From a bacterium (lineage in GTDB: Bacteria > UBP6 > UBA1177), in assembly GCA_017645765.1 (NCBI GenBank), contig JAGCNV010000016.1, positions 36,316-100,315 of the forward strand: a stretch of 64,000 nt of DNA, given 5' to 3'. Positions 17,647 through 28,164 of this stretch are shown piece after piece (the stretch's first letter is position 1; each line of letters opens with the position of its first letter). The position numbers and the translations under genes are program-made. Below the pieces are notes generated by a model. The model saw only the letters and a list, made by a program, of their open reading frames with translations, ran no database searches and was not told the DNA's origin.

Positions 17647-18516
17647 TTATTTTCCCTGATTTTTCTCAGTTTTAGTCTTTTTAAACAGCATAAAACCGCC
17701 GATAAAAAGAAAAATCGAAATCCACTGACTTGTTGAGAAAATCAAAAAACTTCCTCTTGTGTCAAAACGGAGAAATTCGATCAAAAAGCGGGTTACGGAA
17801 TACGAAAGAAGAAAAACAGACGAAATATAGCCTGGATTTTTGGGATTTTTCGATAAAGCGAGCTTTAAAAGGACAACAAATATCACGAAATTGCTGAAAG
17901 AATGAATAAGCTGCGTCGGGATTACCGGCTGCGTGTCGGACAAAAGATTCGTGTGATCGGGATCAAGGTGGTAAAGAGCAAACATCGTTCTTGAGCCCTG
18001 CGGAAAACGGATTCCGAAAATCTGCGATGGTATTCCGAAGCAGCAGCCTTCAAGAAAGCAGCCTATACGAGTGAGCCAGAGTCCGTTGGCGACACAAATA
18101 GAAGCGGCATCGGCAGTTTTAAGGAACGCGGTCCGGTCATGCGGATAAACGGCAAGAGTGCCGAGCGCACCAGCTAAAAATCCTCCGAGAAGCCCGCCGT
18201 AAAAAACATGTCCCGGAGTAAACGGATTGAGCATCCTCATAAAAAGATAGCTTATTCCGTTTTCCTTCAAACCTTCGATATAAGTCGGAAGCATCCCTTC
18301 AAAAAGTATGTGGAAAACTTTGGAAAAGAGCAGTGCACACGGAACAATTACGAGCGGTAGAAAAAACATTTTCTTAAAACTCAGACCAAACTGCTTTGAA
18401 GAAAAAATCATTATCGGCAGCGTCATGAAAAACGAAAAAAAGAGGATCGTCATGTATGCGCCGGGATAAGGAAATCCTAAGTAATCGAATATCGGCCTGA
18501 AAATATCGGGATTCAT
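17647..18516 (-). CDS. lgt: Prolipoprotein diacylglyceryl transferase-like membrane protein
   Basis: 289 aa polytopic membrane protein with a YGGLLGGFLAGALG segment and a G/C-rich RIGCFLEGCCFGIPS motif resembling the Lgt signature. 4-bp overlap with the upstream gene. Confidence 0.55.
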   Translation of the reverse strand: MNPDIFRPIFDYLGFPYPGAYMTILFFSFFMTLPIMIFSSKQFGLSFKKMFFLPLVIVPCALLFSKVFHILFEGMLPTYIEGLKENGISYLFMRMLNPFTPGHVFYGGLLGGFLAGALGTLAVYPHDRTAFLKTADAASICVANGLWLTRIGCFLEGCCFGIPSQIFGIRFPQGSRTMFALYHLDPDHTNLLSDTQPVIPTQLIHSFSNFVIFVVLLKLALSKNPKNPGYISSVFLLSYSVTRFLIEFLRFDTRGSFLIFSTSQWISIFLFIGGFMLFKKTKTEKNQGK

Positions 18517-20138
18517 GCTTTTACCTCTTGATTTTCCGTGTCGGCAGGAACACTCTCCGAAATGAGCGGACCGTTTTTGGATTTCAGATATCCGGAAACG
18601 ATAGCCTCTGTATTCGCCGCATTCAGCTTCAGTGTTTTGCAGTACTGCTGCACGAAATTCTTTACATAAAGATCTGCCGGCAGCTGGGCATATTTGTCGT
18701 TTTCTATCGCATCGAGAACCATTTTCGATATTTTTGTGCGGGAAATGATAAGTTCATAGGATATTCCGACTTCTTCCCGGATCTTTCTCAAGAGATCACC
18801 CGTCACCGACAAGTCATGATATTTATTAAATATTTCATTAACATCCACAAAATCGCTATTGGAAGATGAAACAACTTTCTTTTCGGCACTGCGCCCGAAA
18901 ACGTCCTTTTTGACAAGGACTTCACGCTTCTTTACACGGTTATACTTTTTGATGACTTCTCCGATTATGAAAATATCGGGAAATGAAGTCTCGAGCGAAA
19001 GAAGATGGCTGTTGATATCCATATCGTATTCGCGCCTTATTTCGGAATCATTAAGTTCTTTGAAGATCGTATCGACGAGGGAGTTGAGTATGAAAAGATC
19101 GCTGTCGCCGTAGATGTCGCGCAGCATCGGATTTTCGCCGACATAAATTTTTTTGAGCTTTTCATACTGGTTGTTTATGTCGAATGTCGAGCAGCCGCGG
19201 TCAAGACCGAACCATTCATAGTAGTTGAACGGCGTAACTTTAAGTTTTTTCTTGATCGAACTATGCTGAAACAGGTTGGCTGAAAGCGTGCTGGCGAACT
19301 TGTCGAGAGCATCTACGAATTCGGCGTTTTTCTCAAGAGTTACAACGGGTTTCATCGTAGCTACCGAAGTGGGGACCAGGTCAGAATAGGCTATTTCAGC
19401 TATCGGATCGGTTTCGATGCCGAAACTGTTGCTGATCAGAAAACGGTAAGGCTGCACGAGTTCCTTGTCGGCAGAATTACGCACACCGTTGTAAACAATG
19501 CCTATTTTCAGGTCGTTCACCACGTTCGCAATCTGATTTGCGGTTTTCGGGATCGCCTGAGAAAGCAGGACAAGCAGGTTCCGTGAAGTGAAAAGATAAT
19601 CGTTTTTAGCACGTCTTATATTCTGCGTTTCAAGCTGGATATCGTATTTGAGTTCGACGTTACGCAGCCTGTAGTTGAAAAATTCCCTGAAAAAATAGTT
19701 GCTTTTTTCAAAAGAAATGAAGTCCGGTGAAAGGAACATCAGCGAATAGTCGGCAATTCCGATGACATCCATAAGATCGTGATTTATTACCGAACCCATG
19801 TCGATGAAAACAAAATCGAACTGGACCTGCCCCATCTCGCCCTGCCAGCGCGTAAGAAGTTCGCTGATTTTCGAGCCCTGATGCTGCAAATTACTGAAAA
19901 AACTAAGATTCTGATAATCAGTCGAAATAAGCGGCAACACTGAAAAATGCTCTGCAACTTCATCGGAAACGGCTATCGTCGGAAGATTGAGATAGGAATG
20001 AAGCGTTCCGCCGTTCGGGGCCGCATCGATCAGGAGGACTTTTTTTCCTTTTTGGGCAAGGTAAATCGAAAGATTTGCGATTATCATCGAAGTTCCCGCT
20101 CCCCCTTTCGGAGAAAATGCCGCAATCAACTTTACCAT
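18513..20138 (-). CDS. ParA/MinD-like ATPase-fold protein with degenerate deviant Walker A (KGGAGTS, second Lys missing) and C-terminal RodZ-like HTH (HTH_25-type) domain
   Basis: N-terminus MVKLIAAFSPKGGAGTSMIIANLSIYLAQKGKKVLLIDA. C-terminus LLRKIREEVGISYELIISRTKISKMVLDAIENDKYAQLPADLYVKNFVQQY resembles the RodZ N-terminal HTH. Confidence 0.6.
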   Translation of the reverse strand: MVKLIAAFSPKGGAGTSMIIANLSIYLAQKGKKVLLIDAAPNGGTLHSYLNLPTIAVSDEVAEHFSVLPLISTDYQNLSFFSNLQHQGSKISELLTRWQGEMGQVQFDFVFIDMGSVINHDLMDVIGIADYSLMFLSPDFISFEKSNYFFREFFNYRLRNVELKYDIQLETQNIRRAKNDYLFTSRNLLVLLSQAIPKTANQIANVVNDLKIGIVYNGVRNSADKELVQPYRFLISNSFGIETDPIAEIAYSDLVPTSVATMKPVVTLEKNAEFVDALDKFASTLSANLFQHSSIKKKLKVTPFNYYEWFGLDRGCSTFDINNQYEKLKKIYVGENPMLRDIYGDSDLFILNSLVDTIFKELNDSEIRREYDMDINSHLLSLETSFPDIFIIGEVIKKYNRVKKREVLVKKDVFGRSAEKKVVSSSNSDFVDVNEIFNKYHDLSVTGDLLRKIREEVGISYELIISRTKISKMVLDAIENDKYAQLPADLYVKNFVQQYCKTLKLNAANTEAIVSGYLKSKNGPLISESVPADTENQEVKA

Positions 20139-20153
20139 TCAGCTCACCTCGTA

Positions 20154-20891
20154 TTACAGTTTTTCCTTTATTTTCTGAGTGTAGGATTCGATTTCTTCAA
20201 ATATTTCGTTCTCCAGCCGACCGGCTTCGAGTGATTCAGCCGCATAGTCGAGCGCCGTTTTTCCGCTGAAATCCTTCGAAAGAGGCGAAACATTCAGTGA
20301 CATAAGAAGTTTTGCATAATCCGCAAAACCTTTTTCAGCCGCAATTATAAAAAGAGTTTTTTTATCTTTGTCGCGCCTTTCGATGTCGGTCGATTTTTCT
20401 ATGAGTATTTTGAATAATTCGACATTTTCTTCTTTGGCAAGACTCAGCAGAGTGTTTGCCGCATCGCGCCCGAAGTTATCCGCAAGATTGGCGTCGGCAC
20501 CGTTTTCAAGCAGGAACTTCGCGCATTCCAAAGAGCTTCCGGCAGCAGCGTAGTGAACTGGAGTCTTTTCGGAATTATCCATTATTTTCAGATTTGCTCC
20601 GGCAGCTACAAGTTTTTTCAGCATCGTGCAATCTTTTTTAGCCGAAGCGAGCATGACTGCATTTTTTCCCGATTTATCGGCGAAGTTAAGAAGTTCAGGC
20701 ATTTTCAGGAAAATATCGAGAGCTTTTTCGTCATCGTTCCGGACCGCTTCCAAAAGCCCGGTGCCGTCAGCTTCATACCCCGCTTTTCTAAGCAGAGAAG
20801 CGTTGTCGGTCGAGCAGGAAAACAAAAGAAAAACGATAAAAAAAATGAATAAAACCGGAGATTTCATTTGCAAAACTTCTTTAAGGCGCAT
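20154..20891 (-). CDS. Secreted ankyrin-repeat protein
   Basis: Signal peptide MKSPVLFIFFIVFLLFSCS. Repeated ..G.T.LH.AA..G....LL..GA..N motifs (GKNAVMLASAKKDCTMLKKLVAAGANL, TPVHYAAAGSSLECAKFLLENGADANL). Confidence 0.8.
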   Translation of the reverse strand: MRLKEVLQMKSPVLFIFFIVFLLFSCSTDNASLLRKAGYEADGTGLLEAVRNDDEKALDIFLKMPELLNFADKSGKNAVMLASAKKDCTMLKKLVAAGANLKIMDNSEKTPVHYAAAGSSLECAKFLLENGADANLADNFGRDAANTLLSLAKEENVELFKILIEKSTDIERRDKDKKTLFIIAAEKGFADYAKLLMSLNVSPLSKDFSGKTALDYAAESLEAGRLENEIFEEIESYTQKIKEKL

Positions 20892-21778
20892 TAAAGAACA
20901 AAAAAGAATACCGCGCCGGCGGCAGCCGCAGCAACTATAAGAGCAAGCAGGATAACGACGATTTTTTTGCCCGTTCCCGGTTTGTTTACGCGGGTGATCT
21001 CGGTTTTTTCATCCTGCTCCTCGTCGTTGATGCTTTTTATTTTCTTCCCTTTTATATCTTTTCTGAGTTTTTCCTTTCTCGATTTTTCAGCTTCGAGCTG
21101 ATAAGGCTGCGGGTCATACTCCTCGCCTTTTTCGACAAATTCGAAGATAAAATCGCCGACTCTGATTTCGTCACCGTTCCTCATATCGACCGAATTGACC
21201 ACGGTATCGTTCACGATAAGCGGATAACCGGCGTTGTAGTCACCTTTTACAAGAAGATAGATATTGCCGTCAAAAACGATTTTCGAGTGGATAGGCGGAA
21301 TATTGTCTGCCGAAAGATAGACATCGGCGCTCGCATGGGTTCCGATGACGGTTTCACGACCTGCAAGCGGGAAAATCTTTCCGCCAAGGTAACCGTTCTT
21401 TGCAAGAAGCAGGTTGTCGGCAGCGATTTTTTTGCCGTCAGATTCTACCATCGGCTGCACAGTCTTGAGAAGCGCTTCTTCATCCTGTTCGAGATAGATA
21501 TTGTAATCGCCGACCGTTATGACGTTCCCGACAAAGATTTCAAGCTTTTCACCAACAAGTTCGCGTTCGTCGACAAAAGTGTGGTTGTAACTTCCGCGGT
21601 CGCAGATAATGATTCTTCCGTCAACGACCTCGATCTGGAAGTGGTATCTCGATACATTCCGTTCATCGAGGACGAGATCGTTTTTCGGACTTCGACCGAC
21701 GGTAATGAGATTGCCGTTGAATTCAAAGATATTAAGTTCGTTTCTGTCGTTTTCGACTATGAGTTTCAGCAGCGCCAT
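20891..21778 (-). CDS. Double FHA-domain protein with C-terminal transmembrane anchor
   Basis: Two FHA-like modules (ITVGRSPKNDLVLDERNVSRYHFQIE...GSYNHTFVD, and TVIGTHASADVYLSADNIPPIHSKIVFDGN...NDTVVNSV..GDEIRVGDFIFEF). C-terminus KIVVILLALIVAAAAAGAVFFFVL. Confidence 0.75.
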   Translation of the reverse strand: MALLKLIVENDRNELNIFEFNGNLITVGRSPKNDLVLDERNVSRYHFQIEVVDGRIIICDRGSYNHTFVDERELVGEKLEIFVGNVITVGDYNIYLEQDEEALLKTVQPMVESDGKKIAADNLLLAKNGYLGGKIFPLAGRETVIGTHASADVYLSADNIPPIHSKIVFDGNIYLLVKGDYNAGYPLIVNDTVVNSVDMRNGDEIRVGDFIFEFVEKGEEYDPQPYQLEAEKSRKEKLRKDIKGKKIKSINDEEQDEKTEITRVNKPGTGKKIVVILLALIVAAAAAGAVFFFVL

Positions 21779-21797
21779 TCACACCTCAAAAAAAACG

Positions 21798-22883
21798 TTA
21801 CCGCAGAATTTTCAACAATTTATCGAATCTGTCAAACATTCCTGAAAAATCTCCGTTTTCTTCCTCGAATCTGCGGACTTTTTCACCGATATCCAATGCA
21901 AGAGAGCGCTTTTTTTCAGGCTGAAGCAGCGATGCGGAAGTCTTCAGCAGCAGATAAAGGATTTCGTCAAAATATCTGTGGTATTCACCGAAACGGTATT
22001 CGACAGCAACTGATTTTCTTTCGTCGAGTACCGTTTCCCAGTTTACACTCGAAGTTTCAGCCGAAAAAGAAAGTTTCGAATAAAACTGCGGATACCTGCC
22101 GCCAAGATATGAAAAAAGTTTTTCAGAAAGTTCTTTAACCTTTTCAACAGGCATTACCTTTGCAAAAGCATCGAAAACTAGCTTGAAACAGGAAAAATAA
22201 AGATCCGATTCAATCTGAACGGGATCGTTTTCCAGAAAATCAAGACCGCTGCTGAAAAAAGATGAAGCCAGAATTTTTTCCGACACTTTTTTACAGAAAA
22301 CTGTCGGCTTGGAAACGTCGAGAGAACCGAGATAGGAACCGAATTTTACCGCATTTTTCTCAAAAACATAGCGTTTTTCAGCCGGATCGAAATAAGTGAA
22401 ACCTTTGAAGTTCCCTTTTTCAAAAGAGACGACATTCATAACCGTTCCGTGTTTCAGGCAGAGAAGCGCATCTTCTTTGTTTTCTGCAAACGACGAAACA
22501 AGTTTAGGAACATCAACGAAACGGCTCGGGGCATAAAGCGAAACCGGATAAGTAAAAAAATCGGTCAGCCAGCTGAAAACAAGATCGTTTTCTATTTTGA
22601 AAAGATAAAGATCGACCGGTTTTTCGCCAAGAATTTCAGTGATCGGAACATCTGTCACGAAGTCTTCGCAGTCGGAAAAAGCAAGCACCTTTGAAATTAC
22701 CGCACGCCCGTCGGAAATAAGCACATAAAGAGACTTGTTTCCAGCTTCGGCAAGCACTATACCGCGGCTGAGTCCGCCGTCACGCGCCAGATCGTTGACA
22801 AATGATGAAATATATTTTCCTTCAAAATCGGAAATAAAAAGTTTTAATTCAGAAAAAGGAATGATCATAACTCCCCCGAACAA
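21798..22883 (-). CDS. Hypothetical protein, first gene of the FHA/ankyrin/ParA-like operon
   Basis: 361 aa ORF with no recognizable motif. The start is uncertain: TTG at 22883 or ATG at 22868. The N-terminal segment (GLSRGIVLAEAGNKSLYVLISDGRAV) is faintly roadblock/LC7-like, which is speculative. Confidence 0.45.
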   Translation of the reverse strand: MFGGVMIIPFSELKLFISDFEGKYISSFVNDLARDGGLSRGIVLAEAGNKSLYVLISDGRAVISKVLAFSDCEDFVTDVPITEILGEKPVDLYLFKIENDLVFSWLTDFFTYPVSLYAPSRFVDVPKLVSSFAENKEDALLCLKHGTVMNVVSFEKGNFKGFTYFDPAEKRYVFEKNAVKFGSYLGSLDVSKPTVFCKKVSEKILASSFFSSGLDFLENDPVQIESDLYFSCFKLVFDAFAKVMPVEKVKELSEKLFSYLGGRYPQFYSKLSFSAETSSVNWETVLDERKSVAVEYRFGEYHRYFDEILYLLLKTSASLLQPEKKRSLALDIGEKVRRFEEENGDFSGMFDRFDKLLKILR

Positions 22884-22998
22884 GTCCTGACCTTATAGCA
22901 CAGATGATTTTTTTTGCAAAATGAAATTTGCCTTATTTTTGCCGACCTGTATAATTGTTCGTTTTTTTGCTTTCATTTTTAATGGAGAAATAAAAATT

Positions 22999-24765
22999 AT
23001 GGATAAACGCTGGAATCTTGATGCTCTTTATACGGGTTTCGATTCGCCGGAATTTGCCGGAGACTGCAAAAAACTTGATGCGAAAAATGAAGAATATGAA
23101 AATTTTGCGAACACCCTTTCCAAAAGCAGCGACATTCTGGAAATTCTGAGAAAATACGTCTCATTAAAATCTGAAATCACCGCATTGACGAGCCGGCTTC
23201 TCTCTTTCGCATCCCTCTCTTTCAGCACAGACACAAACAATACAAAGGCCAATTCTTATATTGAATCGGTTTCGGTAAAGCAGAACAGAACTTCTCTTTC
23301 CGACGTCAAATTCATAAAATGGCTTGCCGCAAGCGGATTCGAACCGAAAACTCTGCGCGGGACCGATATCGAGGATTGCATTTTCCACTTTGAAGAGCTC
23401 ATCACTAAAGGACGTCACATTCTCGACGACCAGACGGAACAGATCATTTCCAACCTTAAACTTGTCGGGTCTTCGTCGTGGATGAATCTCCACAATGTCC
23501 TCATCAGCTCTTTAACCGGTAAGATTTCGACCGCAGACGGAAGAATCGAGATAAAACCGATCTCTCAGATCCGGGCGATGGCATACTCTGAAGACGCAGA
23601 GATGAGAAAAAAAGCTTATGAGTCGGAAATCAGGGCTTACAGAAAAGTAGAAAAGGCTGCGGCGGCCTGTATCAACGCGATAAAAGGAGAATCGATCATT
23701 TTGGCGAGAATGCGCGGCTACTCTTCCGTGCTGGAGATGGTTCTGACAAAAAACAGAATGAACAAAAGCATCATCGACACGATGTTTTCGGCGATAAAAG
23801 AGTATCTTCCATGTTTCAGAGCTTACTACAAAAAGAAAGCAAAGATGCTCGGTTTGAGCGGTTCTCTCCCGTTTTATGACCTTTTTGCGCCGGTAACTAC
23901 AAAAGCTCAGTCGAATTTCACATACGAAGAAGCGGCTGATTTCATTGTCAAGAAATTTGCTACGTTCAGCAGAAAACTCAGCGATTTCGCCCGCAACGCC
24001 TTCGACAGCAACTGGATCGATTCCGAAATCAGACCCGGCAAAGTCGGCGGAGCTTTCTGCGAAAACATTTTTTCGATTTCGCAGAGCAGGATCCTCGCAA
24101 ATTTCGGCGGTTCATACAACGACGTTACGACTATAGCTCATGAACTTGGTCATGCATTCCACGGTCACTGTCTTTCAAAGAATCTGATTTTAAACACCAG
24201 TTACCCTTCTCCGCTTGCAGAAACAGCTTCGATTTTCTGCGAAACGATAATCAACCAGGCGGCACTCAAAGAAGCCGACAAAGAGACCAAACTCGCACTT
24301 CTGGAATCTGAAATATCCTCTGCCGGTCAGGTCATAGTCGATATTTACAGCAGATATCTTTTCGAGACAGCACTTTTCAAAGCACGCGAAGAGGCACCGC
24401 TTTCACCTGAACAGCTCAGCGAAGAGATGACCAAAGCGCAGATCGAAGCTTACGGCGACGGACTTGACGAACAGGTCCTCCATCCGTATCTCTGGCTCAT
24501 CAAACCGCACTACTACAACCCTGACTGGAATTTCTACAACTTCCCTTACGCATTCGGGCTCCTTTTCGCAAAAGGACTTTACGCCAAATACACCGAAACC
24601 GGCAGCAGCTTCACCGAGAAGTATGAATTTCTCCTTTCGGAAACCGGTAAACGCAGCGTGACAGATGTCGCAAAAATAGTTGATGTCGACCTTAACGATA
24701 TAAATTTCTGGAAAAACTCTCTCGAACTTATCAAAGAAGACATCACTAAGTTCCTCGATCTATGA
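22999..24765 (+). CDS. pepF: Oligoendopeptidase F family (M3B) zinc metallopeptidase
   Basis: HEXXH zinc motif IAHELGHAFHGH. Protein begins MDKRWNLDALYTGFDSPEF at the ATG at 22999, in the PepF length range. The track ORF starts earlier, at 22921. Confidence 0.8.
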   Translation: MDKRWNLDALYTGFDSPEFAGDCKKLDAKNEEYENFANTLSKSSDILEILRKYVSLKSEITALTSRLLSFASLSFSTDTNNTKANSYIESVSVKQNRTSLSDVKFIKWLAASGFEPKTLRGTDIEDCIFHFEELITKGRHILDDQTEQIISNLKLVGSSSWMNLHNVLISSLTGKISTADGRIEIKPISQIRAMAYSEDAEMRKKAYESEIRAYRKVEKAAAACINAIKGESIILARMRGYSSVLEMVLTKNRMNKSIIDTMFSAIKEYLPCFRAYYKKKAKMLGLSGSLPFYDLFAPVTTKAQSNFTYEEAADFIVKKFATFSRKLSDFARNAFDSNWIDSEIRPGKVGGAFCENIFSISQSRILANFGGSYNDVTTIAHELGHAFHGHCLSKNLILNTSYPSPLAETASIFCETIINQAALKEADKETKLALLESEISSAGQVIVDIYSRYLFETALFKAREEAPLSPEQLSEEMTKAQIEAYGDGLDEQVLHPYLWLIKPHYYNPDWNFYNFPYAFGLLFAKGLYAKYTETGSSFTEKYEFLLSETGKRSVTDVAKIVDVDLNDINFWKNSLELIKEDITKFLDL

Positions 24766-26546
24766 GCAAAAAGCTGAAAAAAATTTTTACCGCCATTCTT
24801 TTTCTGCTCGTTTCGGCGGTGATCGTGATTTTCGCCATTGAAAAAGTTTCAAAAGGTAAAATCGACGGGTTTTCATCAAAGGCAAACGCTCTGATAAAGG
24901 CCAGATACGGTATCGATACCGAAATTTCAGGGCTTGACTTCTCGCTTTTTCCGCCTCGGATATTCGTCAAAAAAGCTGTTTTTTCGCATGGTGGAAACGA
25001 ACTCGCCGTAATTGAAAAATGTTCTTTGAGAAATCTCCGGAAACTGCTCTTTTCAGACGAGAAAAAGTTGAAGATAACCTGCATGAACTCAAGGATCCAT
25101 GCTGACAAAGCGCTTAAAGCTCCGATTCTCTTAAACAAGGATAAAAAGCAGGAAAAAGAGAAAAATGAAAACAGCAGAAATATCGATGTTTCAATAGATT
25201 TTTCAACCGATGCCGACTTTATTTTCGGCAGCGTGACGCAGAGTTTTAAAACCGACTTAACCGTTTCCAGCTCCGGCGGCAAGGCACTTTTCGAAGAGTC
25301 AGGCAAAGAAAACGGCGGAACTGCCGAAATCATATTTTCACTCAAAGAGAGAACTGCTTCGGTGCGGCTCGACGGGATAGATTTGAATGATTTTCACGAA
25401 ATAATAAAAAACAAAACCTCCTTTGACATCTCAAAGGGAAAAACGAGCGCTTTTTCGGAAATATCGGAGAAAGATGGCAAAATTTTTCTGCAAAATGACA
25501 TAACCGTTCACGATCTGACATTTTTTCATCCGCTGATCGATTCCCAGCCGTTCACACTGCCGCTTTTCAGATTCAAGGGGGAAGTAACTTTTGACAAAAA
25601 CGAAAAATCAGCCGAAACAAAAGATGCAGAACTTTCTCTCGGCGGTATAAACGCAATATTTTCAGGAAGTTACAGCAAAGAATCCAAAGAATTTTCGATA
25701 AAGACCGAATCGGCAAATCTCAACAAACTCGAAACTTTGATCCATGACGAAGCGTTTGAAGGTTACCTTTTCGGCGGCACACTCGAACTTTTTGCCGAAT
25801 ACTCGCAGGAAGGCGACGAACCGCCAGTTTTTTCAATCGTCGGCAACCTTATCGAACCGAAACAGCTTTCAGAGCGCATGGACTACCTCAAACTGCCTTT
25901 TGAATACACATGGACAAACGAGGACGGCAGCACGAGAAAAATATTTGTCGGCGAGCGGAACTTCGATTTTACGCCGATATCGCTAATTCCAGACCATCTC
26001 ATCTGGGCGGTCGTAGTTTCGGAAGATGCAGGATTTTTTGTCCACAAAGGGGTTGATTTTCAGGAACTCGACGCGGCTGTGAAGGACAACATCAAAAAGC
26101 ACAAACTGCGCGGTGGCTCAACGATAACGCAGCAGCTTGCAAAAAACCTCTTCCTCAACCGTGACAAAACACTTCTGCGCAAATTCCGCGAAGTCCTTCT
26201 TGCAATAGAACTTGACGCAGCACTTTCAAAAGAGCGTCTTCTTGAAATTTATTTCAACATAATCGAATGGGCACCCGGTATCTTCGGAATTTCGCAAGCG
26301 GCTTACTACTACTTCGGCAAACAGCCGTATCAGCTCACTCCCATCGAATCGGCTTATCTCGCTTCCGTAATTCCAGGCCCCGCAAAATACCACTATATGT
26401 TTCTATCAAAAAATGTTACAGAAAACTGGTACAAAAGCCTTTTCAGAATCCTCAGCATAATGAACGAAACCGGTCATCTTTCAACAGATGACTACTTTGA
26501 CGCACTTCAGCAGTCGATAATTTTCAGGGAACCGGAAGAAAATTAA
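24762..26546 (+). CDS. Membrane protein with C-terminal GT51 peptidoglycan transglycosylase (MtgA-like) domain fused to an approximately 390-aa N-terminal domain of unknown function
   Basis: C-terminus [21 protein letters not shown]...[16 protein letters not shown]...[24 protein letters not shown] matches GT51 motifs. N-terminal [21 protein letters not shown] start/stop overlap with pepF. Confidence 0.7.
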   Translation: MSKKLKKIFTAILFLLVSAVIVIFAIEKVSKGKIDGFSSKANALIKARYGIDTEISGLDFSLFPPRIFVKKAVFSHGGNELAVIEKCSLRNLRKLLFSDEKKLKITCMNSRIHADKALKAPILLNKDKKQEKEKNENSRNIDVSIDFSTDADFIFGSVTQSFKTDLTVSSSGGKALFEESGKENGGTAEIIFSLKERTASVRLDGIDLNDFHEIIKNKTSFDISKGKTSAFSEISEKDGKIFLQNDITVHDLTFFHPLIDSQPFTLPLFRFKGEVTFDKNEKSAETKDAELSLGGINAIFSGSYSKESKEFSIKTESANLNKLETLIHDEAFEGYLFGGTLELFAEYSQEGDEPPVFSIVGNLIEPKQLSERMDYLKLPFEYTWTNEDGSTRKIFVGERNFDFTPISLIPDHLIWAVVVSEDAGFFVHKGVDFQELDAAVKDNIKKHKLRGGSTITQQLAKNLFLNRDKTLLRKFREVLLAIELDAALSKERLLEIYFNIIEWAPGIFGISQAAYYYFGKQPYQLTPIESAYLASVIPGPAKYHYMFLSKNVTENWYKSLFRILSIMNETGHLSTDDYFDALQQSIIFREPEEN

Positions 26547-27241
26547 AGATTACGCAGCGCTTCGACGAGCTCTGTTTTTGACTGGGTCTTTTCATCGACC
26601 TGTTTGATGATCTTCGCAGGAACTCCGGCTACAACGCAGAAAGGGGGCACGTCTTTCGTTACGACCGAACCTGCCGCTACGACTGAGTTTTCGCCTACTG
26701 TGACACCTTCGAGAACAACGGCGTTCGCGCCGATCATGACTCCGTCGCAGATTTTAACGGGAGTTGCGCTCGGAGGCTCGATAACACCTGCAAGGACTGT
26801 TCCCGCGCCGATGTGACAGTTTTTGCCGACTGTCGCCCTTCCACCGATCACAGCGTTCATGTCGATCATAGTTCCTTCGCCGATAACCGCGCCGATATTG
26901 ATTACAGCACCCATCATTATGACACATTTGTCGCCGATCTCAGTCATTTCGCGGATGACGGCACCAGGCTCGATCCGAGCATTGATTTTGGTAAGGTCGG
27001 CAAGAGGTATCGCCGAATTTCTGCGGTCGTTTTCAAAGCGGGTCATCGTTACTTCGGGATGAGCAGCGGCAAAATCGCGGATTTTGTCGAACTCGTCGTA
27101 AACCTCGACGAAATCAAGACCTCTGTAACTTTCCGCCAGAGCCGAAAAGTCGCATTTTTCGAGATTTCCCTTGAAAAGCACGCGGACCGGCGTCTTTTTC
27201 TTCGATTCGCTGATGAGTTTTATGATTTCGTATGCATCCAT
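26543..27241 (-). CDS. dapH: 2,3,4,5-tetrahydropyridine-2,6-dicarboxylate N-acetyltransferase (hexapeptide-repeat acyltransferase)
   Basis: 232 aa. The C-terminal hexapeptide region [52 protein letters not shown] and the N-terminus ...[26 protein letters not shown] closely resemble Bacillus-type DapH as I recall it. Confidence 0.8.
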   Translation of the reverse strand: MDAYEIIKLISESKKKTPVRVLFKGNLEKCDFSALAESYRGLDFVEVYDEFDKIRDFAAAHPEVTMTRFENDRRNSAIPLADLTKINARIEPGAVIREMTEIGDKCVIMMGAVINIGAVIGEGTMIDMNAVIGGRATVGKNCHIGAGTVLAGVIEPPSATPVKICDGVMIGANAVVLEGVTVGENSVVAAGSVVTKDVPPFCVVAGVPAKIIKQVDEKTQSKTELVEALRNL

Positions 27242-27985
27242 CTATTTCTCCAATATTTTTCTGCCCATAAATCTTAGTTTCCAGACTCCGAAAAGAGCCT
27301 CTTTGAAGATTTTTCCGCTCATTTTGCTCGTTCCCTCGATCCTGTCGGGGAAAACTATCGGCAGTTCGAACACTTTTCCGCCGCTTATCTTCGTTCTGAA
27401 AGCCATTTCGATCTGGAATCCGAAGCCCGAAAGAACAAGCGGAGTCGAAATCACTTTTTCAAGAAGTTTAGCGTCCCAGCACTTGAATCCGGCAGTGACA
27501 TCGTTCACTCCGAGCCCTAAAATCGTGCTTGCATAAAAGCTGCCTCCCCTTGAAATAATGCGGCGGCCCAAGCCCCAGTTTGCAGTTCCGCCACCTTTGA
27601 CATAGCGAGAGCCGACAACAACAGTGTAGCCTTCGTCCGATTTTTTCACCATTTCCGGCAGATATTCGGGTTTGTGCGAAAAATCGGCATCCATCTGGAT
27701 TATCTTTTCATAGCCTTTTTCAATAAGGGTGCTGAACCCGTCGAGATACGCCGCACCGAGACCTTCTTTACTTTGTCTGACCTTCAGAAGAACAAAACTG
27801 TTTTCTTTCATCAGATTCCGCACGATTTCCGCAGTTCCGTCGGGCGAATTGTCGTCGACAATCAGTATATCCGCTTCGGGAAGCTCATCGTGCACAGCCT
27901 TTATTATAGCCGCAATATTCTCTTTTTCATTGTAAGTCGGGATACAAACAGCAACTTTGCTCATTTTCACCTCCGCAAAAAACAA
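27242..27985 (-). CDS. GT2 polyprenol-phosphate glycosyltransferase (dolichol-phosphate mannosyltransferase-like)
   Basis: MSKVAVCIPTYNEKENIAAIIKAVHDELPEADILIVDDNSPDGTAEIV is a GT2 DxD-region signature. Confidence 0.75.
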   Translation of the reverse strand: MFFAEVKMSKVAVCIPTYNEKENIAAIIKAVHDELPEADILIVDDNSPDGTAEIVRNLMKENSFVLLKVRQSKEGLGAAYLDGFSTLIEKGYEKIIQMDADFSHKPEYLPEMVKKSDEGYTVVVGSRYVKGGGTANWGLGRRIISRGGSFYASTILGLGVNDVTAGFKCWDAKLLEKVISTPLVLSGFGFQIEMAFRTKISGGKVFELPIVFPDRIEGTSKMSGKIFKEALFGVWKLRFMGRKILEK

Positions 27986-28020
27986 AAAGTCTGATATTCT
28001 AAAGAAAAACTGCGGAAAAA

Positions 28021-28100
28021 CAAGGATTCTTTTCTCCCTAAATTCCCTAGTTTCCCTAAACTCCTTAGACTCCCTGCACCCCCTAAATTTTATTGACTTT
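28021..28100. repeat. Direct repeats of CCCTAAA(T/C)T-like units in the divergent intergenic region
   Basis: The sequence ctcccctaaattccctagtttccctaaactccttagactccctgcaccccctaaatttt lies between the GT2 gene start and the oxidoreductase gene start. Confidence 0.4.
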
Positions 28101-28164
28101 AAAAGCCGCAGAATTATCTTGCCCCCACTGAATTTGTTTCTTTAATTATGGAATAGGTGGAATT

